Position numbers and translations under genes: made by a program
Notes under the pieces: generated by a model
What the model saw: the letters and a program-made list of their open reading frames with translations, nothing else
The model's database searches: none
What the model was told of the DNA's origin: nothing
Shown here: positions 26,665-35,484 of the stretch, piece by piece
Numbering within the stretch: position 1 is the stretch's first letter
How the letters are laid out: every line of letters starts with the position of its first letter
NCBI GenBank assembly: GCA_938082505.1
Contig: CALLLH010000024.1
Coordinates: forward strand, 13,983-77,982
Length of the DNA stretch: 64,000 nucleotides
Direction: 5' to 3'
Source of the DNA: an uncultured Flavobacteriales bacterium
GTDB lineage: Bacteria; Bacteroidota; Bacteroidia; Flavobacteriales_D; Sanyastnellaceae

Positions 26665-27851
26665 ATGCCGAGGTGGGCTTTGAGCGCGGAACAGGCTTCC
26701 CGGTCCGTCGCAAAAGTCAGGCCCTGTTCGTCGAAGGTCTGAAGGTGGACCCACCGAAGGGATTGGCCTCGGCCTTCACTAAAATCCATCGGGGAATCCG
26801 CGGTTGGAAAGCGGGCTGGAGCTGAGAGCTTGGCGAGGTAATAATGGCAGAGCACTTGCTCATCCGGTCGCCACGCGGAACGCACGAAGCCTCCCGTGGC
26901 ATGCACGAGCGCCCCCGGTTCGATGGACTGCCCGAGTTCCTCCATGGCTTCCCGACACACGCATTCCAGAGGCCCTTCCCCGAACTCGAGCCCACCCCCG
27001 GGCCACTTGGTGCAGGACTGTCCTGCGATACGCTCGTCGCTGAGCAGCACCTGATCGCCATCCAACAGGAAGAAATACACCCGAACATTGAACCGCTTCA
27101 GCGGCGCCAGGCCATCCACAGGTTTGGTGGCGCGGAGCATCTCACGTTTGCCGGGCGGGCCAGGCAGGCGCTCCGTGATGAATCCAGCGGCCTCCAGGGC
27201 CCGGCGCACACTTCCCTTGGCGCAGTAGGTCACGAGGGCACCCCCGGCTTCAAGCAGGAGGAAGGCCTCCTTGAACCGGTCCTCCGACCAGAGTTCGGGT
27301 TGGCTGTCCGGTGCGAAGGCATCGTAATAGATGAGGTCGAACGACAGGTCAGTGGCGGCAGCGAAAGCCTGCCAATCGTCCGATAGGCGGGTGAATCTGC
27401 CTTGCTGGTCCCAGGCGACCTGGTGGTGCGGCGCCCCCGGCCTAGCATGCAGCGCATCGACATCCGACTGTTGCACACCGGCATCCGATGCGAGTTCCAG
27501 TCCCGAAAGGACGCGCCCGTCCAAGGGAATGGGCTCGAGGGCGATGTATTCGAGTTGCGGCTGTCGGGCTTCCGGAAGCTTCCGCCAGGTGGCCAGTGTA
27601 AGCAAGGCGTTCAATCCGGTGCCGAGCCCCAATTCGAGGATGCGGATGCGCAGGGCGCCCGGCGCGTTCAGCCTGTGCTGGAATCCGGCTCCCAGAAAGA
27701 CATGGAGAGACTCGGTGACAGCGCCGTGTCGGCTGTGGTAGGCCTGTCCGAACCGGGCGGAACGCAGGGTGTATGAACCATCTTCCGTGCGCTCCGGAAC
27801 CAGGACTTCACCGGATGGTCCATGCGTCTCGTCGGAATCCCTGCTGTCCAT
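26658..27851 (-). CDS. fusion of MnmD/MnmC-type tRNA (mnm5s2U34) methyltransferase domain and a NUDIX hydrolase domain
   Basis: N-half: GSYTLRSARFGQAYHSRHGAVTESLHVFL, ILELGLGTGLNAL, YYDAFAPDSQPELW, VTYCAKGSVRRALEAAGF, GKREMLRA. C-half: exact NUDIX box GGGLEFGEGPLECVCREAMEELGQ. ATG 27851. Confidence 0.75.
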   Translation of the reverse strand: MDSRDSDETHGPSGEVLVPERTEDGSYTLRSARFGQAYHSRHGAVTESLHVFLGAGFQHRLNAPGALRIRILELGLGTGLNALLTLATWRKLPEARQPQLEYIALEPIPLDGRVLSGLELASDAGVQQSDVDALHARPGAPHHQVAWDQQGRFTRLSDDWQAFAAATDLSFDLIYYDAFAPDSQPELWSEDRFKEAFLLLEAGGALVTYCAKGSVRRALEAAGFITERLPGPPGKREMLRATKPVDGLAPLKRFNVRVYFFLLDGDQVLLSDERIAGQSCTKWPGGGLEFGEGPLECVCREAMEELGQSIEPGALVHATGGFVRSAWRPDEQVLCHYYLAKLSAPARFPTADSPMDFSEGRGQSLRWVHLQTFDEQGLTFATDREACSALKAHLGIQ

Positions 27852-27919
27852 GAATCGAAGGTAAAGTTCCCGGGCACCTCGGAGGGCCTGCGTGGGGTGC
27901 TGAGCGCTAATTTTACCGC

Positions 27920-28660
27920 ATGAAAAAATTTCGGGTGGCAGGCGTGTTGACGATGGCGCTGTTTTTGATCGGCTGTGGAGCCCAGGGAGATACCCCAATG
28001 GAAGGAGACCGAGTGAAACAGGAAACTTCAACCGACCCTTGGCGGCCTTTGGCCCGCTACATCGGAGACCGCATTTCCGAATTTGACGCCATCCCGGAAG
28101 ACCGGAAGCGCGAATTGACATCCATGGCGGACTTCGTTACAGCATCCCTGGATACAGGAACGACGGCCAGGCTGACGTTCATCTGCACCCACAACAGCCG
28201 GAGGAGTCACCTCGGTCAGGTCTGGGCGCAGGTGGCAGCACATCACTTCGGATTGGATTCATTGGTACAGACCTACAGCGGGGGGACCGAGGTGACCGCA
28301 TTCAACGGGCGTGCCGTCGGGACGTTGAGGCGCGCAGGGCTGGACATCCATCCGGCGGTCATTGACGACAACCCCCATTATGCCGTGCACTACGCCGAAG
28401 GAGAGGCGCCCATGATCTGTTTTTCCAAGCGTTACGACGATGCCGGGCAGAATCCGGTCGGAGGATTCGCAGCGGTGATGACCTGTGACAACGCAGACCG
28501 CGCATGTCCGGTCGTATACGGTTCATCGGCAAGGTTTTCGATCCCCTATGAGGACCCGAAAGTCAGCGATGGCACTGCCGAGGAGAAGGATACCTACGAT
28601 GCCCGCTGTGCCCAGATCGCGCGGGAAATGCTGTTCGTGATGTCTTTGGCGTCTTCCTGA
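27920..28660 (+). CDS. low-molecular-weight phosphatase family protein (ArsC/LMW-PTP type) with possible lipoprotein signal
   Basis: P-loop FICTHNSRRSHLGQVWAQ (Cx5R[ST]) and AVMTCDNADRACP. The N-terminus MKKFRVAGVLTMALFLIGCGAQ is a lipobox. An alternative ATG at 27998 would remove it. Confidence 0.75.
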   Translation: MKKFRVAGVLTMALFLIGCGAQGDTPMEGDRVKQETSTDPWRPLARYIGDRISEFDAIPEDRKRELTSMADFVTASLDTGTTARLTFICTHNSRRSHLGQVWAQVAAHHFGLDSLVQTYSGGTEVTAFNGRAVGTLRRAGLDIHPAVIDDNPHYAVHYAEGEAPMICFSKRYDDAGQNPVGGFAAVMTCDNADRACPVVYGSSARFSIPYEDPKVSDGTAEEKDTYDARCAQIAREMLFVMSLASS

Positions 28661-28683
28661 ACGGAGGCTCGGGGCCAACGGAT

Positions 28684-29265
28684 TCAACCCACCTGACCGA
28701 TCCGGTGCATGACGCAATCGTCGATGCGCCGGTAGAGTTGAGGTGGACTGAAGGTGCGCCAGCCCATTTCCTGCAGCTCACCTCCGAGCACGAAATACTG
28801 GTCCAGATCGGCAGACACCAGTTCATCCACCACGTGTTGCCTGAAATTGAGCAGGGCAATCCATCCGTCCACCTCGGTGACCTCATCGAACCACTCCTCG
28901 TAGTAGCAATCATCGCTGGAGTGGAAATTCAGCACATTCTCCCCGATCAGGATGAAACGCTGGATTCCTTGTTCCTGCATTGGGTCGATGACCTGGCGTT
29001 TGAGCGTCATCACATCATTGAACAAGATGTCGTTCCATTCTCCGATGAACTCGATGATGGCAAAACGTTCCTCATAGTCGACGAACAGGATCTTGGCAAA
29101 CAGGGTGCTGCTGCCGATGTTGTCCCACTGCGGATGAATGAAATGGTTGTAGATCCGCTCTGTGAAATGCGTCTCGCTGTACACCCGTTCGTGAAAGGGC
29201 GAGCGGTCATCCTCACTGGCGACATAGAAGTTGCGCCAATTGTAGAAGGGCTCGATGTCGTGCAT
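28684..29265 (-). CDS. conserved hypothetical protein (C-half STAS-like by eye)
   Basis: 193 aa, 1-nt gap after murQ. FAIIEFIGEWNDILFNDVMTLKRQVIDPMQEQGIQRFILIGENVLNFHSSD. Confidence 0.6.
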   Translation of the reverse strand: MHDIEPFYNWRNFYVASEDDRSPFHERVYSETHFTERIYNHFIHPQWDNIGSSTLFAKILFVDYEERFAIIEFIGEWNDILFNDVMTLKRQVIDPMQEQGIQRFILIGENVLNFHSSDDCYYEEWFDEVTEVDGWIALLNFRQHVVDELVSADLDQYFVLGGELQEMGWRTFSPPQLYRRIDDCVMHRIGQVG

Positions 29266-29266
29266 T

Positions 29267-30088
29267 TCAGGGCGTTGGAGGCGTGAATTTATCGAGTACG
29301 TCCCGCACGGAGCCGCATTCGGTCAGCAGCTGACGCGCGCGGTCCATGGGAAGGCCCAGCGCCTCGGCCACCATACGGGCACCGCGGTCGACGAGTTTGG
29401 CATTGGCCAGCCTCATGTCGACCATCCGGTTTCCCTTGACGCGGCCACAGCGGATCATGACGCCCGTGGAAATTTGGTTCAGGATCAGTTTCTGCGCCGT
29501 GCCGGCCTTGAGGCGGGTACTGCCCGTGACGAATTCTGGACCTGTATGGACAATCAAGGGAAGCTCGGCCGCCGCGGCCAGGGCGCCTTCGGGATTCGAG
29601 GTGATGCCGACCGTTGAAATGCCCTGTTCGGCGGCCCATCGGATGGCCCCGACCACATAAGGGGTCCTTCCGCTGGCTGCAATCCCGACCACCACATCAC
29701 GTTCCGATACCCCGCATTCCTGCAGGTCCCGAATGCCGCCCTGGTCGTCATCCTCAGCTCCTTCCACGGCCTTTCGGATGGCGCCGTCACCGCCGGCAAT
29801 CAGACCGATGAAGACCCCTTCAACACCGAAAGTGGGCGGAATCTCGCTGGCATCCAATATCCCCAGGCGGCCACTGGTCCCCGCCCCGATGTAGAAGATC
29901 CTTCCACCGTCGCTTGCGCGCTCCGTGCAGAGCCCGATGACGCGGCCAATGTCCTTGGACAATGCGGCAACGGCCGAGGCGGCTTCTCCGTCGCAACGGG
30001 CCATGGCCTCAGCTATGGCCGCAGGGGTCATGTCCTCGAGATGGTCCCATTGACCGGGATGTTCCGTTGGGGAGAGGGCGTCAGTCAT
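29267..30088 (-). CDS. murQ: N-acetylmuramic acid 6-phosphate etherase
   Basis: SIS domain blocks RIFYIGAGTSGRLGILDASEIPPTFG and GIAASGRTPYV. 273 aa. Confidence 0.9.
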   Translation of the reverse strand: MTDALSPTEHPGQWDHLEDMTPAAIAEAMARCDGEAASAVAALSKDIGRVIGLCTERASDGGRIFYIGAGTSGRLGILDASEIPPTFGVEGVFIGLIAGGDGAIRKAVEGAEDDDQGGIRDLQECGVSERDVVVGIAASGRTPYVVGAIRWAAEQGISTVGITSNPEGALAAAAELPLIVHTGPEFVTGSTRLKAGTAQKLILNQISTGVMIRCGRVKGNRMVDMRLANAKLVDRGARMVAEALGLPMDRARQLLTECGSVRDVLDKFTPPTP

Positions 30089-30133
30089 GGTCCGGCAAAA
30101 TCGGAAGCACGAACCGAAATCTCGCGGAACGCC

Positions 30134-31054
30134 TTATGAATTGTCTTCCGGTTCTGGACCGAACCGCCTGTGGCCCCATTGCAGACCGGCCTGCAGCAGA
30201 AGGAGGACCAGGGCGAGCATGGCGGCCAACACCTCGTGGGCCACGGCACCCCATCCTTCCATGCCGAAAGAAAGCCGAAGGATGATGGTGGCGACGACAA
30301 ACCCCGAATTCCGCAGGATCAGTCCGAAATCGGAGAGATAGCGCAGGGAGGTCACCAGCAGGATGACGTCCACGAAGATGAGAACCGTGAAGAAATCGTG
30401 GTAGAAAATGGCATTGGGGTCAAGTGGAACCGCCGTGCCACCGCGCGCGTGGTCCACCATATCCAGCATCCAGTGTCCGAAACTCCAGGCGGCAATGCCG
30501 GCGAGGGCGATTCCGAGCATGGCCGCCACATGCCGCTTGAATCGGATGAACCGGGCCAATTCCTGGTCCTCCAAACGGGCCATGCGGCGCGGAAGGATGC
30601 GGTAGAAGGCGACCAGTGCCGCGCCAAGCAGCACGGCGCCCACGATGTGTGGAAAGAACGGGTCATTCCAGGGCCAAATGATGCTGTTGGCTTCGGTTTC
30701 CTGTTGGAGCACCGACAGATCCCGAAAAACGGAACGGATCTCGATGAGCGAGACGATTTCCAGCTGTTTGCCCATGGATCGGGCAAAAGAGGAGGGCAAA
30801 TGATAGACCAGCAGGTACACCTCGGCCACCAGGATGGCAGAAAAAGGGGTGTAGAGCACGTGGAGGGGATGCCCGAACAGGGACTCCGGCATGGGGAAGG
30901 GCAACCAGCCCGCCTCGTGGATGAGGAAAAGCAGCAGGTGCAGCAGAAACAGGCCCAAAGCCAGGTTGACCAGGTTGTGTTCTACAGACTTCCGCGCTGC
31001 CGGACTCAGGATGAGGTCCGCAATGCGGTCGAGGGATTGGGAGATCCTGTTCAA
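30134..31054 (-). CDS. hypothetical polytopic membrane protein
   Basis: 306 aa with about 6-7 hydrophobic helices. Its TTG start overlaps the aroE stop by 4 nt. No recognisable family. Confidence 0.55.
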   Translation of the reverse strand: MNRISQSLDRIADLILSPAARKSVEHNLVNLALGLFLLHLLLFLIHEAGWLPFPMPESLFGHPLHVLYTPFSAILVAEVYLLVYHLPSSFARSMGKQLEIVSLIEIRSVFRDLSVLQQETEANSIIWPWNDPFFPHIVGAVLLGAALVAFYRILPRRMARLEDQELARFIRFKRHVAAMLGIALAGIAAWSFGHWMLDMVDHARGGTAVPLDPNAIFYHDFFTVLIFVDVILLVTSLRYLSDFGLILRNSGFVVATIILRLSFGMEGWGAVAHEVLAAMLALVLLLLQAGLQWGHRRFGPEPEDNS

Positions 31055-31821
31055 TGGTCGTTGCGGTCACCGGCCCAGATCATCCAGGCCGCTTCTGCTT
31101 GGTGTTGTAACATGGAAAGTCCTCCCAATGTTCTGGCTCCCAATGTAGAAGCCCGCTTCAATAGGCGTGTTTCCATGGGATTGTAGATCAGATCGACCAC
31201 GAGATGCTGTGGTCCGATTCCCGCCAGGACCCCGGGATTCAGGGGAGGCATTGCGCCAACATCAGGATGCATGCCGATCGGCGTGCAATTCACAATGAGG
31301 GATGTTGTGCGGATGCCCTCCACTTTGACCTCCGAATACTGGATGACATCCTCATCCTCAGGGTTGCGGCGGCTGACCCGGGTCACCTGAACCCCGATGG
31401 ACCGGAGAACATGGCAGACGGCTGCGGCGGACCCCCCGGTGCCGAGCACCAGGGCGCGTTCGTGATGGGGCCTGAGGAAAGGCGCAATGGAACGCTTGAA
31501 GCCGAGTGCATCCGTATTGTGCCCGATGCGACCTTCCGGGGTGAAGGCAATGGTATTGACGGCACCGATGGAGGCCGCCTCGGCCGAAAGGCCATCGAGC
31601 ATTGGAATGATGGATTGTTTGTAGGGGACGGTCACATTCATGCCCTCCCAGCCGGACTCCTCCCAGAGGCCTTGGACCGCTTCCACCTGGGCCAGGTCAT
31701 GCAACTCGTAGCGACAATCCCCAATCCGTTCCCGGGCCCATTTTTCTTCAAAATGGCGGGCAGACCAACTGTGGCCCACCGGATGTCCGATGAGACCGAA
31801 TCGCCTGGGGGCGTCAGCCAT
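31051..31821 (-). CDS. aroE: shikimate dehydrogenase
   Basis: FGLIGHPVGHSWSARHF, VLGTGGSAAAVCHVL, NCTPIGMHP and DLIYNP. ATG 31821 overlaps the upstream stop by 8 nt. Confidence 0.85.
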   Translation of the reverse strand: MADAPRRFGLIGHPVGHSWSARHFEEKWARERIGDCRYELHDLAQVEAVQGLWEESGWEGMNVTVPYKQSIIPMLDGLSAEAASIGAVNTIAFTPEGRIGHNTDALGFKRSIAPFLRPHHERALVLGTGGSAAAVCHVLRSIGVQVTRVSRRNPEDEDVIQYSEVKVEGIRTTSLIVNCTPIGMHPDVGAMPPLNPGVLAGIGPQHLVVDLIYNPMETRLLKRASTLGARTLGGLSMLQHQAEAAWMIWAGDRNDH

Positions 31822-32773
31822 GGTTTCCCGGTCTTCCATCCACAGCGCGGGCACCTCCCGCGATCGATCCGAGTCCGGCAACCAACAACGCGCCGAGCAC
31901 CATGCATCCCACGGCGCCCATCCATTGTGGCTCGGGATGGGCGGCAGGCGACACATTGGACTGCAGATACTCCACCCTGCCATCGGAATGGGTGAAGAGC
32001 GCCTCGAGGTCCTGCTTCCACGGCCACAGTTTCCTCAACGAGCCAATCAGGAATCCACTCAGCAAGGCCAATGCCAACGAACGGTATTGGCGAAACAGCC
32101 ACCCCAACCCCTTGCTGAATCCAAGCAGTCCTGACAAGGCACCTCCGGCAAATGCCGCGACCCGCAGGACATCAAAGGACTTGAGCGCCCCGATGACCGC
32201 GGAATAGGCCCCGAGGATCACCAGGATGAAGGAGCCGCTGATGCCCGGCAGGATCATGGCGCAAATGGCAATGGCACCCGCTCCGAACAGGAAGACGGGG
32301 TGGTCACCTTGGAGCAGTGGGGGAAGGCCGGTCAACCACCAGGCGAAGGCAGCGCCCATGAGGAGGGCGCATCCCGTTCCTGCATTCCAAGCTTTCCTCG
32401 GAAGGTCCCGCAACATGAAGGGCACGCTGGCGGCCACCAGCCCGAAGAAGAAGGACCACAACAGGACAGGGTGATGTTCAAGCAAATGGTGCAGGGCGCC
32501 GGCGAGCGTCACCACGGAGACGCCGATGCCCGTCACGAGGGCCAGCAGGAATCCCATGTTGTAATCACGCCATGTCCTCACCAGGCCCGAACGGAACAGG
32601 GACCGCACCGTTCCGATGCCGAGTCCTCCGATCGTATCGAGCAACTCCTCATAGATGCCTGCGATGAAGGCGACCGTGCCTCCACTGACTCCGGGAACCA
32701 AATCGGCCGCACCCATGGCCACGCCCTTCATTCCGAGGCCAAGCCATGCTTTGGGGTTGCGGTCACGTTTCAT
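31814..32773 (-). CDS. DUF368 family membrane protein (undecaprenyl-phosphate translocase PopT family)
   Basis: GVAMGAADLVPGVSGGTVAFIAGIYEELL and a second PGISGSFILVILG repeat. 319 aa from ATG 32773. Confidence 0.85.
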   Translation of the reverse strand: MKRDRNPKAWLGLGMKGVAMGAADLVPGVSGGTVAFIAGIYEELLDTIGGLGIGTVRSLFRSGLVRTWRDYNMGFLLALVTGIGVSVVTLAGALHHLLEHHPVLLWSFFFGLVAASVPFMLRDLPRKAWNAGTGCALLMGAAFAWWLTGLPPLLQGDHPVFLFGAGAIAICAMILPGISGSFILVILGAYSAVIGALKSFDVLRVAAFAGGALSGLLGFSKGLGWLFRQYRSLALALLSGFLIGSLRKLWPWKQDLEALFTHSDGRVEYLQSNVSPAAHPEPQWMGAVGCMVLGALLVAGLGSIAGGARAVDGRPGNHG

Positions 32774-32775
32774 GT

Positions 32776-33093
32776 TCAGGCGACCTCGAGGGAGGAGTCC
32801 ACCTCGGCGGCCCAAGCCTTGGCACCGCCCTTGAGGTTGTACAGGTTCTCGAAGCCAAACCTATCCTCGAGTGCGGTCAGCACTGCTGCAGAGCGCCCGC
32901 CGGATCGGCACTGAAGGACGACCGGCACGTCTCGCCTCAATTCGCTGCACCGTTCCAGAATGGTCCCCATGGGAATGTGAAGCCCCCCGAGGTTGCCTGC
33001 TTCAAACTCGTAATCCTCGCGGATGTCGATGAGCTGATGGTCCTTCTGTTCGGTTCTCCAAGTCTGCAGTTCGATGACCGAGATTTCCTTCAT
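32776..33093 (-). CDS. single-domain rhodanese-like sulfurtransferase
   Basis: 105 aa with active-site loop VLQCRSGGRSA. Confidence 0.85.
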   Translation of the reverse strand: MKEISVIELQTWRTEQKDHQLIDIREDYEFEAGNLGGLHIPMGTILERCSELRRDVPVVLQCRSGGRSAAVLTALEDRFGFENLYNLKGGAKAWAAEVDSSLEVA

Positions 33094-33890
33094 GCTTGGG
33101 GTACTTGGGGCTGTACATCCTCCTTGAGGGCATCCGGGAGGAAATGGAAAAAGGTGTCACCGCGCAATCCAACGCGCAGGCACTCCAGCGGTATTACATC
33201 TGCCGGGCCGATGTTTCCGAGGTTGACATTGGCCCCGAACTGTTTGATGAACCAGACCTGCTGTTCCTTCTTGGGCGCTTCCCAAAGGATGTCCTCCAGG
33301 GCGACCTGCGTCAGGATTTTGCGGATCAATTGGGTATGCGCCGAGCCATTGGGACGATAGATGCCCACCGTACCGCTTTCCCTCGCCTCGGCAATGACCT
33401 TCACGGAGCCTGCATCCAGTTCATTGCGCATCATGCGGATCCATTTGGCCGGAGAGATGAGGATGCCCTCCTCCTTGGAGCCCACTTCGGAAAGGACCTT
33501 GAAATCTTTGGAGAGTCTGCTGATCAGCTCGCATTTGTGGTCAGGGTCGATGACCATGGAACCGTCGCTGATTTCCAGACAACCAATGCCCACACTGTCG
33601 ATGAACTTCAGGTAGTCGTCGAGGCAGTTCCGGACGAGGAAAGCCTCAAACAGCGTACCCCCGCAATAGACGTCCATGCCGGCATCGCGGTAGAGCTTCA
33701 CCTTTTCGGCAAGGTTCGGGGTGAACATGCTCGTTCCGAAACCGAGTTTGAGAAAGTCAATCCGATCACTGCAGGTCGCGATGAGGTCTTCGGCTTGACG
33801 GAGACTCAGTCCTTTGTCCATGACCATGGTGAGGCCATGTGTCCGAGGACGCACAGTGCGTTCGGGCAAATGGGGAAGGGGAAAATTCAT
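33090..33890 (-). CDS. comA: phosphosulfolactate synthase (ComA family)
   Basis: LPERTVRPRTHGLTMVMDKGL, IDFLKLGFGTS, GGTLFEAF, LEISDGS, VIAEARESGTVGI, EAPKKEQQVWFI and VNLGNI. ATGA overlaps at both ends. Confidence 0.8.
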   Translation of the reverse strand: MNFPLPHLPERTVRPRTHGLTMVMDKGLSLRQAEDLIATCSDRIDFLKLGFGTSMFTPNLAEKVKLYRDAGMDVYCGGTLFEAFLVRNCLDDYLKFIDSVGIGCLEISDGSMVIDPDHKCELISRLSKDFKVLSEVGSKEEGILISPAKWIRMMRNELDAGSVKVIAEARESGTVGIYRPNGSAHTQLIRKILTQVALEDILWEAPKKEQQVWFIKQFGANVNLGNIGPADVIPLECLRVGLRGDTFFHFLPDALKEDVQPQVPQA

Positions 33891-35305
33891 GATTTTCTTG
33901 GGGCGTTCAATACGCGCAGGCTGAATTCGGCATCCTGTTCGATTCCGGGAAACAGCTCGGCCAGCAGCTGGCAAAGGTCGTGCACCTTTTCTATGCCGAG
34001 GTCAAGGATGCTGTATGCCGTCTTGGTGCGTCCGAGAGAATACAAGCTGACGAATCGGCGACAGATGACGAGGGGGTCCTCGGTGGAGGCCGGAGGCACG
34101 GCATCCAGCAACCCAAGGGCTTCCTCATGCCGCTCATTGGCTTGCAGATTCTCGGCCGCTTCGAGGTGAACCTCCAGGTTGTCCGGCTCCAAACGCAAGG
34201 CATTGGCGTAGATGAGATCGGCCTCATCGTGCATGCCGATCTTCTTCAGGATACCTCCGAGCAGAATGTGGTATTCCACGTTTTCCGGTTCGAGGGCCAT
34301 TGCCCGCTCGAAGTGTTTCATGCTGCCGGTCCAGTCCTCGCGCATTTCGGCAACGACCCCGAGACCAACGTGGGCGTCCGCAAAGTCGCCGTCCAACTCC
34401 AGGGCATTCAGGTAGTACTCTTCCGCTTCGGAAAGGTGTCCCACGCGTTCCTTGCACTCTCCCATGAGGGTGAAGATGTTGGCCTGTGGCGCATCCAGGA
34501 GCATGGACTCACTGTAGCATTCCAGGGCCTGGTCATAGTCTTCCACCATGGTCAGTGCCGAAGCCTTCTGCAGCAGGGCAGGACTGAATCCATCGTCGAT
34601 GACCAGCGCGAAATCATAGGCCTCAATCGCCTTGGCATGCGCGCCCGTTCGTTGCAGGGCATTGCCGAGGTTGTACCAACCAGGGCAGCTATATGGGTGG
34701 TCATCCACAAACTGCTGGAAGGCCCCAACGGCTTCCGTGCTCTTTCCCATGGACTCGAGACAGAATCCCAATTCGTGCAGGGCCGTCTCGTTGTTGGGGT
34801 TTTCCAACAACGCCTCCTGCAGGACGGCGACCGCCCGGTCCCAATGACCGATGTTCTCGTATTCGAGTGCGATGTCGATGAACAGGTCGCCACGGTAGAC
34901 AGCGTCGCCCAGATCAAGGGCCTGTCGATAGTGATGGATGGCCTCCTGATGCTGGTCCAGTTGTGAGTACAGTGTGGCCAGGGTCAGGTGGATCTCGTCG
35001 TTGGACGGTTCGAAAGCCAACAGGTTCCGGAGCCGCGGAATCGCCCGCTTCAAGTTGCCTGTTCCTGCCATGAGCTGGGCTTCCCGCAATTGGAGGGAGA
35101 GGCTCTCAGGATAGAGGCTTCCGGCGAACTTCAGCACTTGCTGTGCCTTGCGGTGTTGCCCTTCGTGGAGATAGTGCTCGATCAGGGATTCCAGCTCCAT
35201 CAGGTCGAAAAAGGAAGACGCATCGGACGAAAGCATGGCTTCGTACCGTTCAACGATACCAGCCATCTCCTGGGCATCCTGGTCGTTCAGTTCCTCGTCG
35301 TGCAT
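33887..35305 (-). CDS. tetratricopeptide-repeat protein
   Basis: 472 aa with more than 10 TPR-like 34-aa units (e.g. AIEAYDFALVIDDGFSPALLQKA, AEEYYLNALELDGDFADAHVGLG). ATG 35305; the track start 35308 is TTG. Confidence 0.8.
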   Translation of the reverse strand: MHDEELNDQDAQEMAGIVERYEAMLSSDASSFFDLMELESLIEHYLHEGQHRKAQQVLKFAGSLYPESLSLQLREAQLMAGTGNLKRAIPRLRNLLAFEPSNDEIHLTLATLYSQLDQHQEAIHHYRQALDLGDAVYRGDLFIDIALEYENIGHWDRAVAVLQEALLENPNNETALHELGFCLESMGKSTEAVGAFQQFVDDHPYSCPGWYNLGNALQRTGAHAKAIEAYDFALVIDDGFSPALLQKASALTMVEDYDQALECYSESMLLDAPQANIFTLMGECKERVGHLSEAEEYYLNALELDGDFADAHVGLGVVAEMREDWTGSMKHFERAMALEPENVEYHILLGGILKKIGMHDEADLIYANALRLEPDNLEVHLEAAENLQANERHEEALGLLDAVPPASTEDPLVICRRFVSLYSLGRTKTAYSILDLGIEKVHDLCQLLAELFPGIEQDAEFSLRVLNAPRKS

Positions 35306-35472
35306 CAAACTCCCTCGAAGCTAGGCTCCTTTGCAATTGTTCACTTGAATTTTCGGCAGGTGTTTTGAACAGCCTGAGCGAAAACATTCCAAACGCTCCA
35401 AAGATGCGCTACCTGCGGCTGTCCGCCACCGTATAAGCGGCACAATTCGTATTCGTTGGCGGCTGGCTGAAT

Positions 35473-35480
35473 TACTTTTG
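35473..35480 (+). promoter_or_regulatory. candidate -7 box TActTTTG immediately upstream of glmM
   Basis: tacttttg ends 4 nt before ATG 35485, implying a leaderless or near-leaderless mRNA. Confidence 0.35.
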
Positions 35481-35484
35481 CAGC

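Noticed and set aside
27852-28121. 90-codon N-terminal extension of ORF 26658..28121
   Set aside because: The extension overlaps the divergent phosphatase gene start (27920) and has no homology signal. MnmD-type blocks begin right after ATG 27851.
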